The position numbers were made by a program, and so were the translations under genes. Below the pieces are notes generated by a model. That model had not been told where the DNA came from and ran no database searches. It saw nothing but the letters and a program-made list of their open reading frames with translations. A stretch of DNA of 64,000 nucleotides from sequence record NC_055733.1; one strand, 5' to 3'. Positions 9,882 to 22,277 of the stretch are shown here, piece by piece. Every line of letters starts with the position of its first letter. Positions within the stretch are counted from its first letter, which is position 1.

Positions 9882-12337
9882 TCTGTTTCCTTAAAGAAAT
9901 CAACACTCTTTTTAATTACACTTGAGCTTTCTTTGTAGTAATCTACCACAAGTTCTTCGTCTCGTCCGAGTGCAAGCATGAATCGTTTTGCTTGACTAAC
10001 TGACATTGGTCCAGTAGTTCTTCCCCAGCCAAGAAAAACGAAATCTTTCTCTTGCTCATGAATTTGAATCCCATATTTGAGCATATTCTTATTCACAACG
10101 GGGAGCTTATTCAAAAATGAATCGCGATCCAGATAGTTCATAATCTTAACATAGATAATACGACACACGATTGAAGACAAAAACAAAACCAAAATAAAAA
10201 TCGCGTATTCTTTGGCACCAATTTCGATAATGTTCATTATTGCATTGCCTTCTGTTGATAGAGTTCAGCCAAGTTTTTGTTCAGTCGCTCGATTGCTTGT
10301 TCCAAAGTCTCAGCATTCGGATCATAGTTATCGGCAGTTGAATCGTAATGTGATTTTGATTTACCATGAGAAACATCCCAATGAGTGGAAGTAGTCTCAG
10401 GACAACGAGTCACATACAGATTTTGATCTGATTTAGACCGTAGATAAAACACTTTACACCCGGCCAGACCACTAGGCATTTGATATGCGTTCGTGGTCTC
10501 AGTTGTTACAGTATCGCATCCAATCAGAGCGAATGCAAGAGTAATTACGGCAAACTTTTTCATATTTCAAGCCGCTCCAGTACAGGTAAAATTGATTTGA
10601 AGACCATGATCATAAAGTCGTTGCTTCCGACCATGGCCCAGATCACAAAGTTAAGAACAATCAGTAACACCCAGATTGCATTTAATCCTTTCGCCACCAT
10701 ACGTCTTCGTCTCTCATGTCACTTGATGTATTGGATCTTATCACAACAGGACGAGGAGTTACAAGTGGATTTTTCATTATTTTTGTTTCTGTGCTTGCGT
10801 AAACAGGGATATATTTCTGGCTGAAATCTTGACCCTGTAGCATTAGCTCAAAGTTACGCAAAACGCTCTCCTTAGAGGGCGCACTAATGTCCTGATACCT
10901 ACTTGACATTAAACTGCCTGTACAGATACTTGCCAAAGATCAGTTTATGAACGTCGTTGGATTTCTCTGCCTGTTGCAGGATATCGTAAAATTCAGGAAT
11001 AGTCAATACTCTGGTTTGTTTTCCGTCTGAACTAACGAAATCATATCCGTGAGTGCTATCAGTCGGCACTTTTGGAATTCCGTAGTGGTCATAAAGGCGA
11101 ATAGTGATTCCTTTCTTTTGGAAAGCATCAACAATTTCATTGAAATGTTGTTTGATCCAAATACGTCGATTGGTTGCTTTTTCGCTACGACGCTTTTTGA
11201 TCAAGTCTGAGATCCAGATAGCAAAAGCGATAATTGCAACAAAAATAATTGTGATCATCGCGGCAACATAAGCCATTTTATTACCTCACAGTGAATAGAT
11301 CAGACGTAACCGGTTTATCGCTCAAAGGAACGGTGTGTTCTTCGAACTTTTCTCCGTATTCACATTTTCGCCAGAACAGCATTACCTCAGACGGATATAG
11401 ATCTCGGCTGATTCTTTCTCCGTTGGTAAACACGAAACGGACTTTGTGTACCTTTTTGAGCTGTACTCCATGTTTCATAAGATTGTGTTGGATGATATCC
11501 CAACTCTTTCTGATACGACGATAGGAGACAAACTCAACGATAGCACACATTAACAATATTGCGGCAAGAATAACTGCCGCAACGATTCCCATGATATCGA
11601 TTGTAGTCATTATACCTCTAGTTTGTAACAGTCAATAAACGCCTGTGCATTCTTATTAACAAAGTCCACGATTTTGTCACAAGCCAACTCACGGGACTTT
11701 TGTTTCCGCAGAACCGGAAACTTAACACCAGATTTCCACTTACAATCACCACAAAGAGATTCGAACTTGGTTTCACCGGCGTGAAGCATGAAATGCGCCC
11801 AACGATTGTTGAAAAACTCAAGATCAGAACAACCGATCTTAGCACCAACCATGATCACTTCCATGATTTCTTCGCCCAGAGATTTACGTGATCTAACTCG
11901 AACATACTCTACCAGACGCGGGTCAATCTTGGATTTTACTTGTTCTACCAGAGCTTGATTCATGATGTTTTCCTCAGAGTGATTGCTTTGTTTCAATGAG
12001 GCCATTATTACATGGCCTCCGATTTATGTCAAACTTATTTTTGAACTTTTTTCTGTTGCTTCTGGATTTCTTTCCAGACTTGCTTTTGCAGCTTTTCGCG
12101 GCAGCCGTTCTTGTTCATCAGATAATCGTTGGTGATCTTCTGTTGAGCGTGGAACCAGTGGGCAACAGCTTCACTAAGAATAACACGTTGTTCGGCTTCT
12201 GGGAGTTTCTTGAACTTCTCAATACCGAAGTATTTGATACGAGATACAACACCGTTTGTCATACGCTCCAGAGCATCACGATTCACATTAAACTGCTTTG
12301 CGATTGCGTCGAATTGTGCTTGAATTGCCATGTCCAT
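9878..12337 (-). CDS. Run of small hypothetical ORFs, several membrane or lipoprotein (e.g. 10237..10563 with lipobox LIGC)
   Basis: N-terminal TM helices in 9878..10237, 10899..11276 and 11281..11610; RBSs and promoters present. Confidence 0.55.
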
Positions 12338-12420
12338 GATGTTTTCCTCAGTGTTTTGTTTTGCGACGAGTCGCGTTGTTTCGATGTGGACATCATAACA
12401 GGCCGATCCTTGCTGTCAAC

Positions 12421-12447
12421 AAAAAAAGGCACCCGAAGGTGCCTTTT
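12421..12447 (-). terminator. UUCG intrinsic terminator
   Basis: GGCACC-TTCG-GGTGCC-TTTTTTT on the minus strand. Confidence 0.85.
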
Positions 12448-12451
12448 ATTT

Positions 12452-15400
12452 TTATAGCTGTTCGGTGAGTTTCAGATAGTCTTTCAACTCTTTGCCTTTC
12501 AGCTTCTTACACGCTGAATACTCGCGGTACTCTGTGCGCTTGGCTGGGATATAGACACGAACGTATCCGTCATCCTCGTTGCCACCTTCGATTTTGATCC
12601 CAGAAGGGAAATCGACTTTCTTGGGTTCCACGTACTCAAGACGTCCGTTCTTCAATCTCGGCAATTCGCCGTCTCGGAAAGAATACACGATATAATCTTG
12701 AACACCGGAACGCTTGGATTCGGTAAGTAGTTCACTGAACTTCATTGTTTTACTTTCTTCCAATGTTCCCTTCATTTTCTCTTGATATGCTTTGAACTTG
12801 TCGTATCGATTCAGTTCAACCTCATAGCATTTTAGAATTCGCAGTTGTTTTTCTGGACTAAACACTGCCCATTCTGGACTGATTACGTTTGATTTTGATG
12901 TTGCATTAGGCACACCAGCAGAACGATAATCCTTGATAGGCTGACCCAGAATAGATTCCATTTCGAAAACATACCCACGGGTACCAGCTTGACGTCCATA
13001 ACCGGAGTTACCAACGTATTGCAAGATCTTATCAATCTTGTTACTAAAGTAAATCCCGTCACCAAGCATACGTCCAACAACAGATGAATCCTTGCTAGGA
13101 ATAATCTTGAAGCCGTAACGCAAGATCATGTTAGCAGCGATACCACCGGTTCCGTGGAAACATGGAACAACTTGTTCAAGTTTACCAGCGTCGATCTGTT
13201 CTTGCATGAACTTTTTGAATTCACCGTCTGGGAAACTCACGGTCATACTACGCAGAATTAGAGGATAAACGTTACCGTGTTTACCAGCGTAATAGTTATC
13301 GATCAAATGCTTACCAATCAGGTATTTCTGTTCGTTGGTAATATTGTCGTCAACTGCTTTAACTTTCGGAACAACACCGTCACCTTTCGCAGCTTCGGCT
13401 TCCACACGCTTGATATAATCGGTGAACTTCTCATTCTTGCCGAGTTTGATCTTCGCTTGTTTCACCAACTCAGTTGGGTTAATTTCGTTAAACTCAAACA
13501 TCTGCTTAACACGACGACGATCCAACTTGTCGAACAAGTTAATTGGACCCTCAAGAACTTGTCCGTAAACAAACTTGATTGCAGCCAATTGATCTCGCAC
13601 TTTACCACGATAATATGTTTCCAAGTTATCGAAGAAAATGTCCGTGATAGCAGGATCAGTTTCTACGGCGTCAGTCATAATGTCTACCAATGCTTGTTGC
13701 ATACCTTGCTTATGATCACGAACACTGATAGATTTACCGTTCTCGGCGTTAAAGAACTTAAATCCGTTCTTAACTTCAAGCTTCATGAATTCTACCGCGT
13801 CTTCTCCATCAAAATCATAATATTTCAGGAAAGCGGAGTAAAGATTATCATACTTACTGTTTTTATTGATGCCAAGATCGTAAATGTCCAGATCTTTGCC
13901 TAGTGCTCTGTATCCACCAAGGAAAATCTTTTGTCTGTATTCGGGCATTGTACCACGATTCGACATAAAGAAAATTCGAGTCTTAGCACCCGCGTTTGGA
14001 GTTCCCTTGATTTTATTGATAACATATTCAGCACCAGCAGCAACGTCGCTTTCACCATGAATGAAGGCAGCGGACATCAAAGCGTTTTCTTGCTCTTCCC
14101 AAGAAGAACCCACGCTGGTATCTTTTGTGATATATGCATCCAATGCGTCTCTAACTCGCTGCTTCATGCTTGGTACCATGTTATAAGCCATAGCATTAAC
14201 ACGATTCGGGAAAATAACACCAAGCTCAAGAGCACGAATAACACACTTAGCAATCATGGAAACATCTGCCGCGTCCATGTTTTCTAGTGGATATTCAACT
14301 GAACTCTTATAAGAGTCTTTTACTCGCTTGATTGTATCAACGAAATCCGCGTCATCGAGTGCGTACAGTTTAGTCCAATGATCGTTGATGAACGAGAAAT
14401 CGGCGTTGGCTTTATTCGCGGGAGTCAACAGAAACTCAAGTCCATGACGACACATCGAAACTTTGTTATTTGCGTTCCAGGAATCCCATTTATAAGGAGG
14501 ATATACTCGCTTGTATCTTTCCAGCACGTAACTCGTTACTGTATCCCAACCAATCATATCAGCAAATGAGCCGTCAAACAACAGAGATTTGAAAGCATCC
14601 GATAGATAGCTAGAATAGGACATCATATAGACATAAGCAGTTGAAATTACTTCCAACAGGCAATTGAAATACATCTGACGGATAGTAGGAGACATTTCAC
14701 GCATGTATCCCAGAATACCAATTACGATACTATCGCCGTTGGCTCCCTTGTAATGATCAAGCATGTCTTTGCCTAGTTTTCCGCTTGTAATCTCAAGAGC
14801 AACGTCGGTAGTATTAAATCCGAATAGCCAGCAAGTTGGGTCAGACTTAATATTGCCAAAAGTCATTGCCATAGTCTGATAAGCAGAATACGGAATTTGA
14901 TTGCCAAGAATGCCGTACTTTTCTTTTAGCCCACGGAAGAATGAAATGTTGTTGCGTAGAAACTCAACGTTTTTCAATTCCAACGCTTCTTCGATTGCGT
15001 ATACACCCGTGGAATTATCCATAAACAGGAATGCAGCGATTCGTTTTCCGATTTCAGTCAACTGGGTAACAGTGTACACATAACGTTGGCGCCACTTGTT
15101 ATGGATTTCAACTTGTTCTTCGTCGGTAAGATCAAACTCGAATCCAGTTACCATATGTCCTTGATTGCTAACAGTAGGATAAGCCAACTGTGACATTGCC
15201 TGTAATCCTCTCAGACCGGTATCAGAATCAACGCACTTTTCAATCTGACTGGAAATGAATTGGAGCAATCCCGCTTCATGATCATATGTCAGATAGTCTG
15301 GCTGAACAGGAACAGCTACAGGCTCGTCCTGGACGCTCGGAGCAGCATCATCGGTAACGTCATTGACGTCAGGAGAAGCGTGGACTTGTGCCACGTTATC

Positions 15401-16090
15401 GTTCTTGTCGTCGTCATCATCGTCACCTACATTCGATGTAACACCTGCACCAGCAGCAGTACCGACAGTTACGGTATTTACACCAGCAAGGCGCGCATAC
15501 TTAACATACATACTAACTGTCCACAAATCTTCACCCGCTTCTGGGAATTTCTTCAAGACTCGACGCAACTCTTTGGAAGTGTCGATCAGACTAATAGCTC
15601 CGGTCTTGAACTTATTCATTAGCTCACGGAGCTTAGGATGCAAGTTCGTCAGCGCGGTAGATTTGATGTTTGCTACCCAACCACGGACGATATCATCATC
15701 AACGGTATTAATAACACCAGCTTTACACTTAACTAGGAAGCGGGTCATTTCGCTTACCTTAGCGTCACTGATAAACATTTTCTTATCAGCCATGAGTTTC
15801 AACACCAGAGAAATGTTATGGTTATCGTCTCCGATATTCTTTAACATCAACTGGCCGTCACTCTTGAAATAACGCTCATACTTGCGCAGGCTAGACAGGT
15901 GATTCATCTGGCGAGCGGCATTGAAACTACCAAGAATACCGATGAAGTTGAACATGAAAGCATTCATGATCGCGGTTTCATCATCAACAAATGTTGCCTT
16001 GTTTGCGGCATCATACATGGTATTTTCTGCCAAGAAGCGTTGGTATTCCTCTTCTTCTTGACGTTCGAATAATTGTTTGGTTGTTAACAT
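12452..16090 (-). CDS. 1212-aa protein with a C-terminal PARP-like (H-Y-E) ADP-ribosyltransferase domain; probably late and virion-packaged (Alt analogue)
   Basis: CFHGTG, GRMLGDGIYFS and SPEWAVF motifs; CTAAATA late-promoter motif at ~16124-16130. Confidence 0.75.
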   Translation of the reverse strand: MLTTKQLFERQEEEEYQRFLAENTMYDAANKATFVDDETAIMNAFMFNFIGILGSFNAARQMNHLSSLRKYERYFKSDGQLMLKNIGDDNHNISLVLKLMADKKMFISDAKVSEMTRFLVKCKAGVINTVDDDIVRGWVANIKSTALTNLHPKLRELMNKFKTGAISLIDTSKELRRVLKKFPEAGEDLWTVSMYVKYARLAGVNTVTVGTAAGAGVTSNVGDDDDDDKNDNVAQVHASPDVNDVTDDAAPSVQDEPVAVPVQPDYLTYDHEAGLLQFISSQIEKCVDSDTGLRGLQAMSQLAYPTVSNQGHMVTGFEFDLTDEEQVEIHNKWRQRYVYTVTQLTEIGKRIAAFLFMDNSTGVYAIEEALELKNVEFLRNNISFFRGLKEKYGILGNQIPYSAYQTMAMTFGNIKSDPTCWLFGFNTTDVALEITSGKLGKDMLDHYKGANGDSIVIGILGYMREMSPTIRQMYFNCLLEVISTAYVYMMSYSSYLSDAFKSLLFDGSFADMIGWDTVTSYVLERYKRVYPPYKWDSWNANNKVSMCRHGLEFLLTPANKANADFSFINDHWTKLYALDDADFVDTIKRVKDSYKSSVEYPLENMDAADVSMIAKCVIRALELGVIFPNRVNAMAYNMVPSMKQRVRDALDAYITKDTSVGSSWEEQENALMSAAFIHGESDVAAGAEYVINKIKGTPNAGAKTRIFFMSNRGTMPEYRQKIFLGGYRALGKDLDIYDLGINKNSKYDNLYSAFLKYYDFDGEDAVEFMKLEVKNGFKFFNAENGKSISVRDHKQGMQQALVDIMTDAVETDPAITDIFFDNLETYYRGKVRDQLAAIKFVYGQVLEGPINLFDKLDRRRVKQMFEFNEINPTELVKQAKIKLGKNEKFTDYIKRVEAEAAKGDGVVPKVKAVDDNITNEQKYLIGKHLIDNYYAGKHGNVYPLILRSMTVSFPDGEFKKFMQEQIDAGKLEQVVPCFHGTGGIAANMILRYGFKIIPSKDSSVVGRMLGDGIYFSNKIDKILQYVGNSGYGRQAGTRGYVFEMESILGQPIKDYRSAGVPNATSKSNVISPEWAVFSPEKQLRILKCYEVELNRYDKFKAYQEKMKGTLEESKTMKFSELLTESKRSGVQDYIVYSFRDGELPRLKNGRLEYVEPKKVDFPSGIKIEGGNEDDGYVRVYIPAKRTEYREYSACKKLKGKELKDYLKLTEQL

Positions 16091-16140
16091 TTATGTTCCT
16101 CATTGGTGAGCTTTAATTTACTATATTTAGTGCGTCCAGC

Positions 16141-16245
16141 ACTGCGGCGTAAGCCGCTAGAGTAGAAAAGACAAAATAAAATCTCTTATAGATCTTTAAT
16201 GAGAATCTATTTTGTCTTCCTTAAGGTAATCAATGAGTTAGCTTC
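16141..16245. repeat. Dispersed palindromic element, copy 1 of 3
   Basis: GCGGCGTAAGCCGC hairpin, AAGACAAAATA...TATTTTGTCTT inverted repeat and AATCAATGAGTTAGCT; near-identical to the copies at ~45800 and ~45990. Confidence 0.9.
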
Positions 16246-16275
16246 GCAGTCGCCGGCGCGACTTCCTACAACTGA

Positions 16276-17178
16276 TTAACTTTTGTGCAAATAACTTGGT
16301 AAATGATCAATCATTGTACAAACAACTCGGTGAGTGAACTCTTTAACAATACTATCAACTAGATCTTGTCGTTTGATATTCTCTACTAGCCAAGGAGTAA
16401 ACTCTTGACTTTTGTACTGGACAGTTGTATATGCGCCAATCATTGATCCATATATACTTGCGATTGTGTCGCTATCTAATCCCATGTTTGCTATGAGAAA
16501 AATCCCATACTCTTTGTGTTCGAACTCTAGGAACACTCTCCAAGCGATTGTGAGCGAGTCCTTAACGTAGCCAGTAGGCAAGCATGAGTCTTCATCGAAA
16601 TACGCTCCAAACTCTTTGGATAGCGTCCTTTTGTTTACTCCGTCGAATATCCGATGCATGATACGAACATATAGCATAGAGTAATGCAGACACAACGGAA
16701 CCGGATGGGTAAACTCCGTCATGTATTTAACGATTCGCTCGATATCTTCTGGACTTCTACCGTAAGTTGCAATCGCGACTGGATACATACGCATGAGCGC
16801 GCCGTTACCGGCACCTTTAGATGGGTCTGTTACCGGTTGGTCCTTGAGTATGGCATAGGCAGTACCTGTACCAACATCAAAGCACTCGCCAGTGGAAGAA
16901 AACGCACCACGCTCGATCCAACGCTTCATATCGCGTTTAATAGCTGGAACATCAAACTCACCATATTTGAAGTTGCGCATGGTGATCAGCGCACAGGTGG
17001 TATCGTCTGTGAAGTTACCGTATTGATTGTTAAAAACATCGCGTTTTGTTTTCAGGAGTTCGAGATCTACGTTACGCAGTCTTTTCTTTCCTTTAGTGCC
17101 GAAATTGAATTCGTTGAATGCGCCTACGCAATCGCCAATGATTGCAGCTTGTGTGGTGTTTTTGATAATGTCGATCAT
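16276..17178 (-). CDS. ADP-ribosylglycohydrolase (ARH/DraG family)
   Basis: IIGDCVG, FTDDT, DVG, GNGALMR..P, THP and G.DSDTIASIYG motifs. Confidence 0.9.
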   Translation of the reverse strand: MIDIIKNTTQAAIIGDCVGAFNEFNFGTKGKKRLRNVDLELLKTKRDVFNNQYGNFTDDTTCALITMRNFKYGEFDVPAIKRDMKRWIERGAFSSTGECFDVGTGTAYAILKDQPVTDPSKGAGNGALMRMYPVAIATYGRSPEDIERIVKYMTEFTHPVPLCLHYSMLYVRIMHRIFDGVNKRTLSKEFGAYFDEDSCLPTGYVKDSLTIAWRVFLEFEHKEYGIFLIANMGLDSDTIASIYGSMIGAYTTVQYKSQEFTPWLVENIKRQDLVDSIVKEFTHRVVCTMIDHLPSYLHKS

Positions 17179-17246
17179 GATATTCTCATAAATGAAAAAG
17201 GGCCTTACTCGATAGGCCCAGATTGTACTTCAACTTTCTATGTAAA

Positions 17247-19742
17247 TCAACGACGATGTGGAATAATTGATTCCATGTAGTTGTTGACATAGACAACATC
17301 ACCAGCAACCCGTTGCAGGTTGCAATCATCCATTTCGGATTTGACAGAGTGGAACACAACTTGATCTTTGCTGTTGTCTTTGCTGATAATTTTCAGCAGG
17401 ATGTATTCTTGTGTCATCGGGTCGATCATAGGCTCACCTCCCATTTTCAGAACTTCGATCCGAGTGCCGCTATTCCGGTACAGTTCGATCATGTCACCTT
17501 CGACGATAGCACGACCTGTAATCAGACCAGGATTCATCACTTTCCGTACTTTGTGAGCGTAGAAACCGCCACGCTTAACCCAGCCCATTGTGCCGACTTC
17601 GATACTTTCGTTGGTGATACCAAAGTTAACTTTGTTGACCCGAGTGATCAGAGCGTTGCCGTTGACAATACGCATAGAAACACGTTCATCGCTCGCTTCT
17701 AGGTTGTAGACTGGCTCAACGTTGGTACCAGTTCGTTCGATATTCAGAAGAACATAAGAACGATCTTTGATTGAAATCGATTCTCCTGGTTTCATGTCAA
17801 TCAGTCGGATATAGTTGTATTCTACTTTCGGGAGAGCTACTTGATGTTTCAGATAATAAGCCATGATATTTCCTTAGTGTGTGATTTCGTTAATACGAGT
17901 TTCGTATGCTTTGATATGACTGCGGAACAAATCCATATTTTCTTTGTGTTCCATGATAACAGCTTGTGACAGTGCGCGTTGTGCGAATGCATGAGATTCG
18001 ATCAAAACTTCTTTCTCAATACCGAATCCACGTTTGGCGCGTTTTGCTTTCAGTTCAGCAGTAGTCATCATGATTTATTCCTCAGTTCGTTTGATGTAGC
18101 TATATTAACAGCTATGAATTTCGTGTCAATCTTTTTTCGGAACTATTCTCACAAAAATTTTCATTGAGATCATGCCGCCTTCATAACAGAACTCTTCGAC
18201 CATACCGGACTTTGGATCTTGTGTGATCTCAGGACACAGCTTAGTGAACATCCAATAGGTGTCGCGTTTGTACTGTTTGAAACTCTCGGTATCTCTGATC
18301 TTCTGTGACTTAGTTTTGCCATAGAAGTCATTCAGAACTCGCAGAATGTAGGCGAATCGATTTATCAATACCGGATGCGTTAGATAATGTTTTGTTTCGT
18401 AATGCATTTTATGCTCCAAAAGGGCCCGAAGGCCCTCGATCAAAATTCGTCATCCGACTCACATAGCTCAACAAAGCCGATTCCATGTGCATCCATAGCG
18501 CCTTCGTCGTTCTTACGGATAAGAATAGTCTTACCTTTAGCGTCACTCAGAACAACGGCATCGGAAGTAATCAACAGAACTTTGCATTTCCCGTTCCGAC
18601 TTTCAACTTCATCGGCGATATCAAGTGGAGCACCGACACCGATCCGATATGCTGCTTTTTCAACAAACAAGCCGTTGGAGCTTGCTTTGCGAACAATACC
18701 GAGAGGCTTCATTTGTTGACGAGTTACGCTATAAGTTTTGGAATCCTTATATACCCGAGTAATCTCGACTTCATACGCACCGAACAGACGGAAAGTAAGC
18801 TCGGTTTTACCGTCTTCGGATTCAGCACGATAGAACGGAGAATATACTCCGGAACCATTGCTCACTCCGTATCGAACAAAATTTTTGAACTTGACGTTAT
18901 TCGCTTCATCAACGAACGGCTTACCGGCTAGGTGAATTTCCACAAGCTCCACAGGAACGTCTTTGATATTGCTCTTATGATAAAACATATTTACCCTTTT
19001 GATTTGTAATAACCGGATTTAACTCGTTCGCGATACGCTCGACGTTGCTCCAAAGTCAAATCGTCTTTCATCAGTGTTACTAGCTTATAAGGTTTCGGCA
19101 TTTCTGTCAACTTCAAATATTGATTTGTTTCGCGTGGCGCACCGGGTCGTTTCTCAGACTCATAGAGAAAAGCTTTGCCAAGAATTTCGCATCCGTCAGA
19201 ATGAAGCCACTTTGAGTAAAGAAATTCAATCGGAGGCGAACATAACCCAGTTACATCGCGATCTTCCGCTAGATCTCGCAGCTTGTCAAATTCTTCTTTG
19301 CTTACTTCCACATAATCATGAGTTACTTCTCCGACGTCGCAATATTCGTCGTGGTCTCGAATTCGTTCTATTCTCATTAGCTATTCACCCAGCAAGAGGA
19401 GTTATTGGTAATAAAAACTTTCGTTTTATAAAACCATTTGATTGCACTATCTTTAGATTTAAACCGTTTTAGATAACTTGTGTTATCGGTTCCCTTGAAA
19501 TATAGAACGGTATTGTGTCCGCTGTCAATAAATTTTTGCTCTTTTCCTTCTTCTTCGGAAACAGGCCATGTTGAACGTTCGTTGAGCAAATGACAAGCGG
19601 CGAACGTCCGTTCGCCAATTTTGATGCCCCAATAATCGTCTTTCTGTATTTCTATGAATCCCAAAAACGTATAGCCTGTTATTCCACTCGACATATAGTT
19701 AATGAGATTCATTTTTGGATCGTCAAGGCACTTATGAATCAC
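17247..19742 (-). CDS. Run of hypothetical ORFs (17247..17864, 17874..18071, 18126..18443, 18440..18988, 18991..19377, 19377..19742)
   Basis: Packed and co-oriented, with promoters and terminators (17196..17219, 18418..18436). Confidence 0.6.
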
Positions 19743-20380
19743 GCTTTACATCCGTAATATTTGGAATCAACAAACTTACCGACGTAGATACCTTCCATAT
19801 CCTGATAAATCACAATCTGAGAATCACGATTTGGCAGCATAGGACTCGCCTTAGTTACGTCGATTGAAACCATATCGATGTTATCGAAACATGGCGGAGT
19901 TTTACCGTCTTTCGACTTGACTTCACGATCTTGCCAGATATCGGTAACTTTCGGACGAGTTACACGTTTGGTCTTGTTAATCACTTGTATAGTGAAAATA
20001 ACATCGATTTCATGAACTACTTCAATCCTCTTGATGTAAGACATAAATTTCAGCAGTCGATTTGCAGAGCCGTTGAAATCTGCATAACCGGAGAAGTCCA
20101 GAACTATAACATCGATTTTACGCTCTCTGCCAAGCTCTACCACAGCGTTATGAACCGCGTCCTGTAGGGCACTCATAGTTACGCCGTCAACTTCACCAAC
20201 AGCGATTTCACCGTCACCAAATTCGGTATCGATATCTGAGATTTTACCAATGATACTTTCTTGGGTTTCTTCGTTGTTCAAAAAGACGACATACTTGCCT
20301 TTCTTCGCTTCTTCTACCGCAAGTTCAATAGCTTTGCTAGTCTTGCCTGCACCGGCACTTGCTTTAATTACCTTGATCAT
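19739..20380 (-). CDS. Small RecA/DnaB-like P-loop ATPase
   Basis: Walker A ASAGAGKTS, then YVVFLNNEET and Walker B-like VIVLDF. Confidence 0.6.
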   Translation of the reverse strand: MIKVIKASAGAGKTSKAIELAVEEAKKGKYVVFLNNEETQESIIGKISDIDTEFGDGEIAVGEVDGVTMSALQDAVHNAVVELGRERKIDVIVLDFSGYADFNGSANRLLKFMSYIKRIEVVHEIDVIFTIQVINKTKRVTRPKVTDIWQDREVKSKDGKTPPCFDNIDMVSIDVTKASPMLPNRDSQIVIYQDMEGIYVGKFVDSKYYGCKA

Positions 20381-22187
20381 TTACTTCCTCGTGATATTCT
20401 TCTAACCAGTAGTTATCTGAGTCTTTGTTCCGACGTTTCAAATCTGCTTGAATGCAATCAATAACGTCTTGATGATTTCGCATTTTCTCCGCATGTGGCT
20501 CAACATCGGATTCTACAGTGAATTTTATCTCACCAATAAGAACAATGCAACTCATAAAATCGCGACGTTTAACCCAAACAGTAACATCATACTTCTTGAG
20601 TTTCGATTTGCGCTTGAAATAGTTAAGTAGATTCATTATAAAAATCTGGGAATTAACCCCGATTCTCCAGAGATTTGATCATCGCATAGAGTCGATCAAT
20701 ATGACGGCGCTGGGAGATTACCATCATCCACATAAACACAAAGAACGACATAGCAGAGATTACAAATGAGCCTTCCACTTGATAGTTTTCGTAGCCAGCA
20801 TACAGATCCATGAAAATGTATGAATAGCCTAGAAACATCAGCAGAAGATAGATAACATTGTCTACCTTGAAATTCCACTTGCCGTCTACTTTCATTCGAG
20901 TATCAATCATTTTTATTTCCTTAGTTCATTACTAACATAAATGGGCAGTTTACGCAAACACCGTACCAAAGTGCGCCGCTTGCTACAACTGGGATAAGAG
21001 TTCCAATATCAATCTTGCCGCTCAACGCAAGTTGCGCATATGTACCAAAAGCGGTAGCGAACGAGACAACAACAGCAATAACGACAAGGACAATCCAACC
21101 GAATATGATCATACAGTTAGATCTCTGTGAATTTGCGACAGTGCCGCTAGTTCGGTTTCGTCTTTGCAATCAAACGCCGCATCTTCAATCAGTCGCATGA
21201 TGATATCATGATGTTTAATCAGGTTCATCATAACACGACGGGCATTTTTGAAATCATGATCACTCATTGACTTCGGTTTGCCTTGAATGCGAAGACCGTT
21301 ACGTGCATTTTCTGGTAACATTTCATTCAGAAACATATTTTACTCCTAACTTTTCGGCGATAGTTTTCAGTCGTTCTTCTCGATCAAGACGAGTCTCAAT
21401 CACCATTCGAGTATAGAACGAGTTGGCAGCAATTTCAACTAATTTCTTCGTTGCTTCTTCAACATCAGATTTCAACACCGCTTGAGAAACGGAAGTTGTT
21501 ACCATTCCGTTGACGATGTTAACATTCTTCATGTTTTCTGACGGGATACGAACCGGACTATTTTGTGCGCTGGTACCGCGAGAATCAGCAGTAACTCGAA
21601 TGTGTACCCAATCACAGTTACTTTCGTTCGGTACGTCAACGTCAATCAGCACGGTATCATCCGTTTGTAGAGACGAGAGAAATGCTAACGGTACTCGACC
21701 CAAATAACGTCCATCGAACTTTCCATCCAGATCAAAGAAGCAAACGTGATAGACTTCTTGATTTTCCACTACCTTAGAAATAGCGTAAACGTTCTTCGGG
21801 TTACCAGTACCCATGATAACATCACGATAACGGAACGTTGCTCCAATTTCTTTCAGCATTTCGGCAATGCTATCGGTTGCTTTAGTGTGCATTTTCATTC
21901 TCCAGAATTTCAATGAGTCCAGTATACAGAGATTTGGCTTCTAGTTCAACAAATTCAGGTAAATCCAGTAGATCGAAACATAGACAACGGCCGTAGTCCC
22001 AGCCAAGATTGTAAGCGATAGACTGCCACTTTGCTTTACTACCGAATGGTCGTTTATCGTGTTTCAGAAACTCGATCATCGTTACTGGGACAAAGCTTTC
22101 ATCTTGCTCGGAGAAATCTGAATAGTAGCCTTTCAGAATCATCATGAGTCGTTCAAGTTCAAACGCCCGTGGCATACGACGCTTCAT
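20364..22187 (-). CDS. Run of small hypothetical ORFs (some membrane)
   Basis: Packed and co-oriented. Confidence 0.5.
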
Positions 22188-22277
22188 GACTTGCGTCCAG
22201 TAGGTAATTCTACGGACGCCAACTACATCCAGATATTGATCGTCTATTTGCTTGATAAGCTTTTCTTTTCGTCCATG

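Noticed and set aside
12452-16090. Direct T4 Alt orthologue
   Set aside because: The catalytic motifs are PARP-type (H-Y-E), not the R-S-E type of Alt/Mod.
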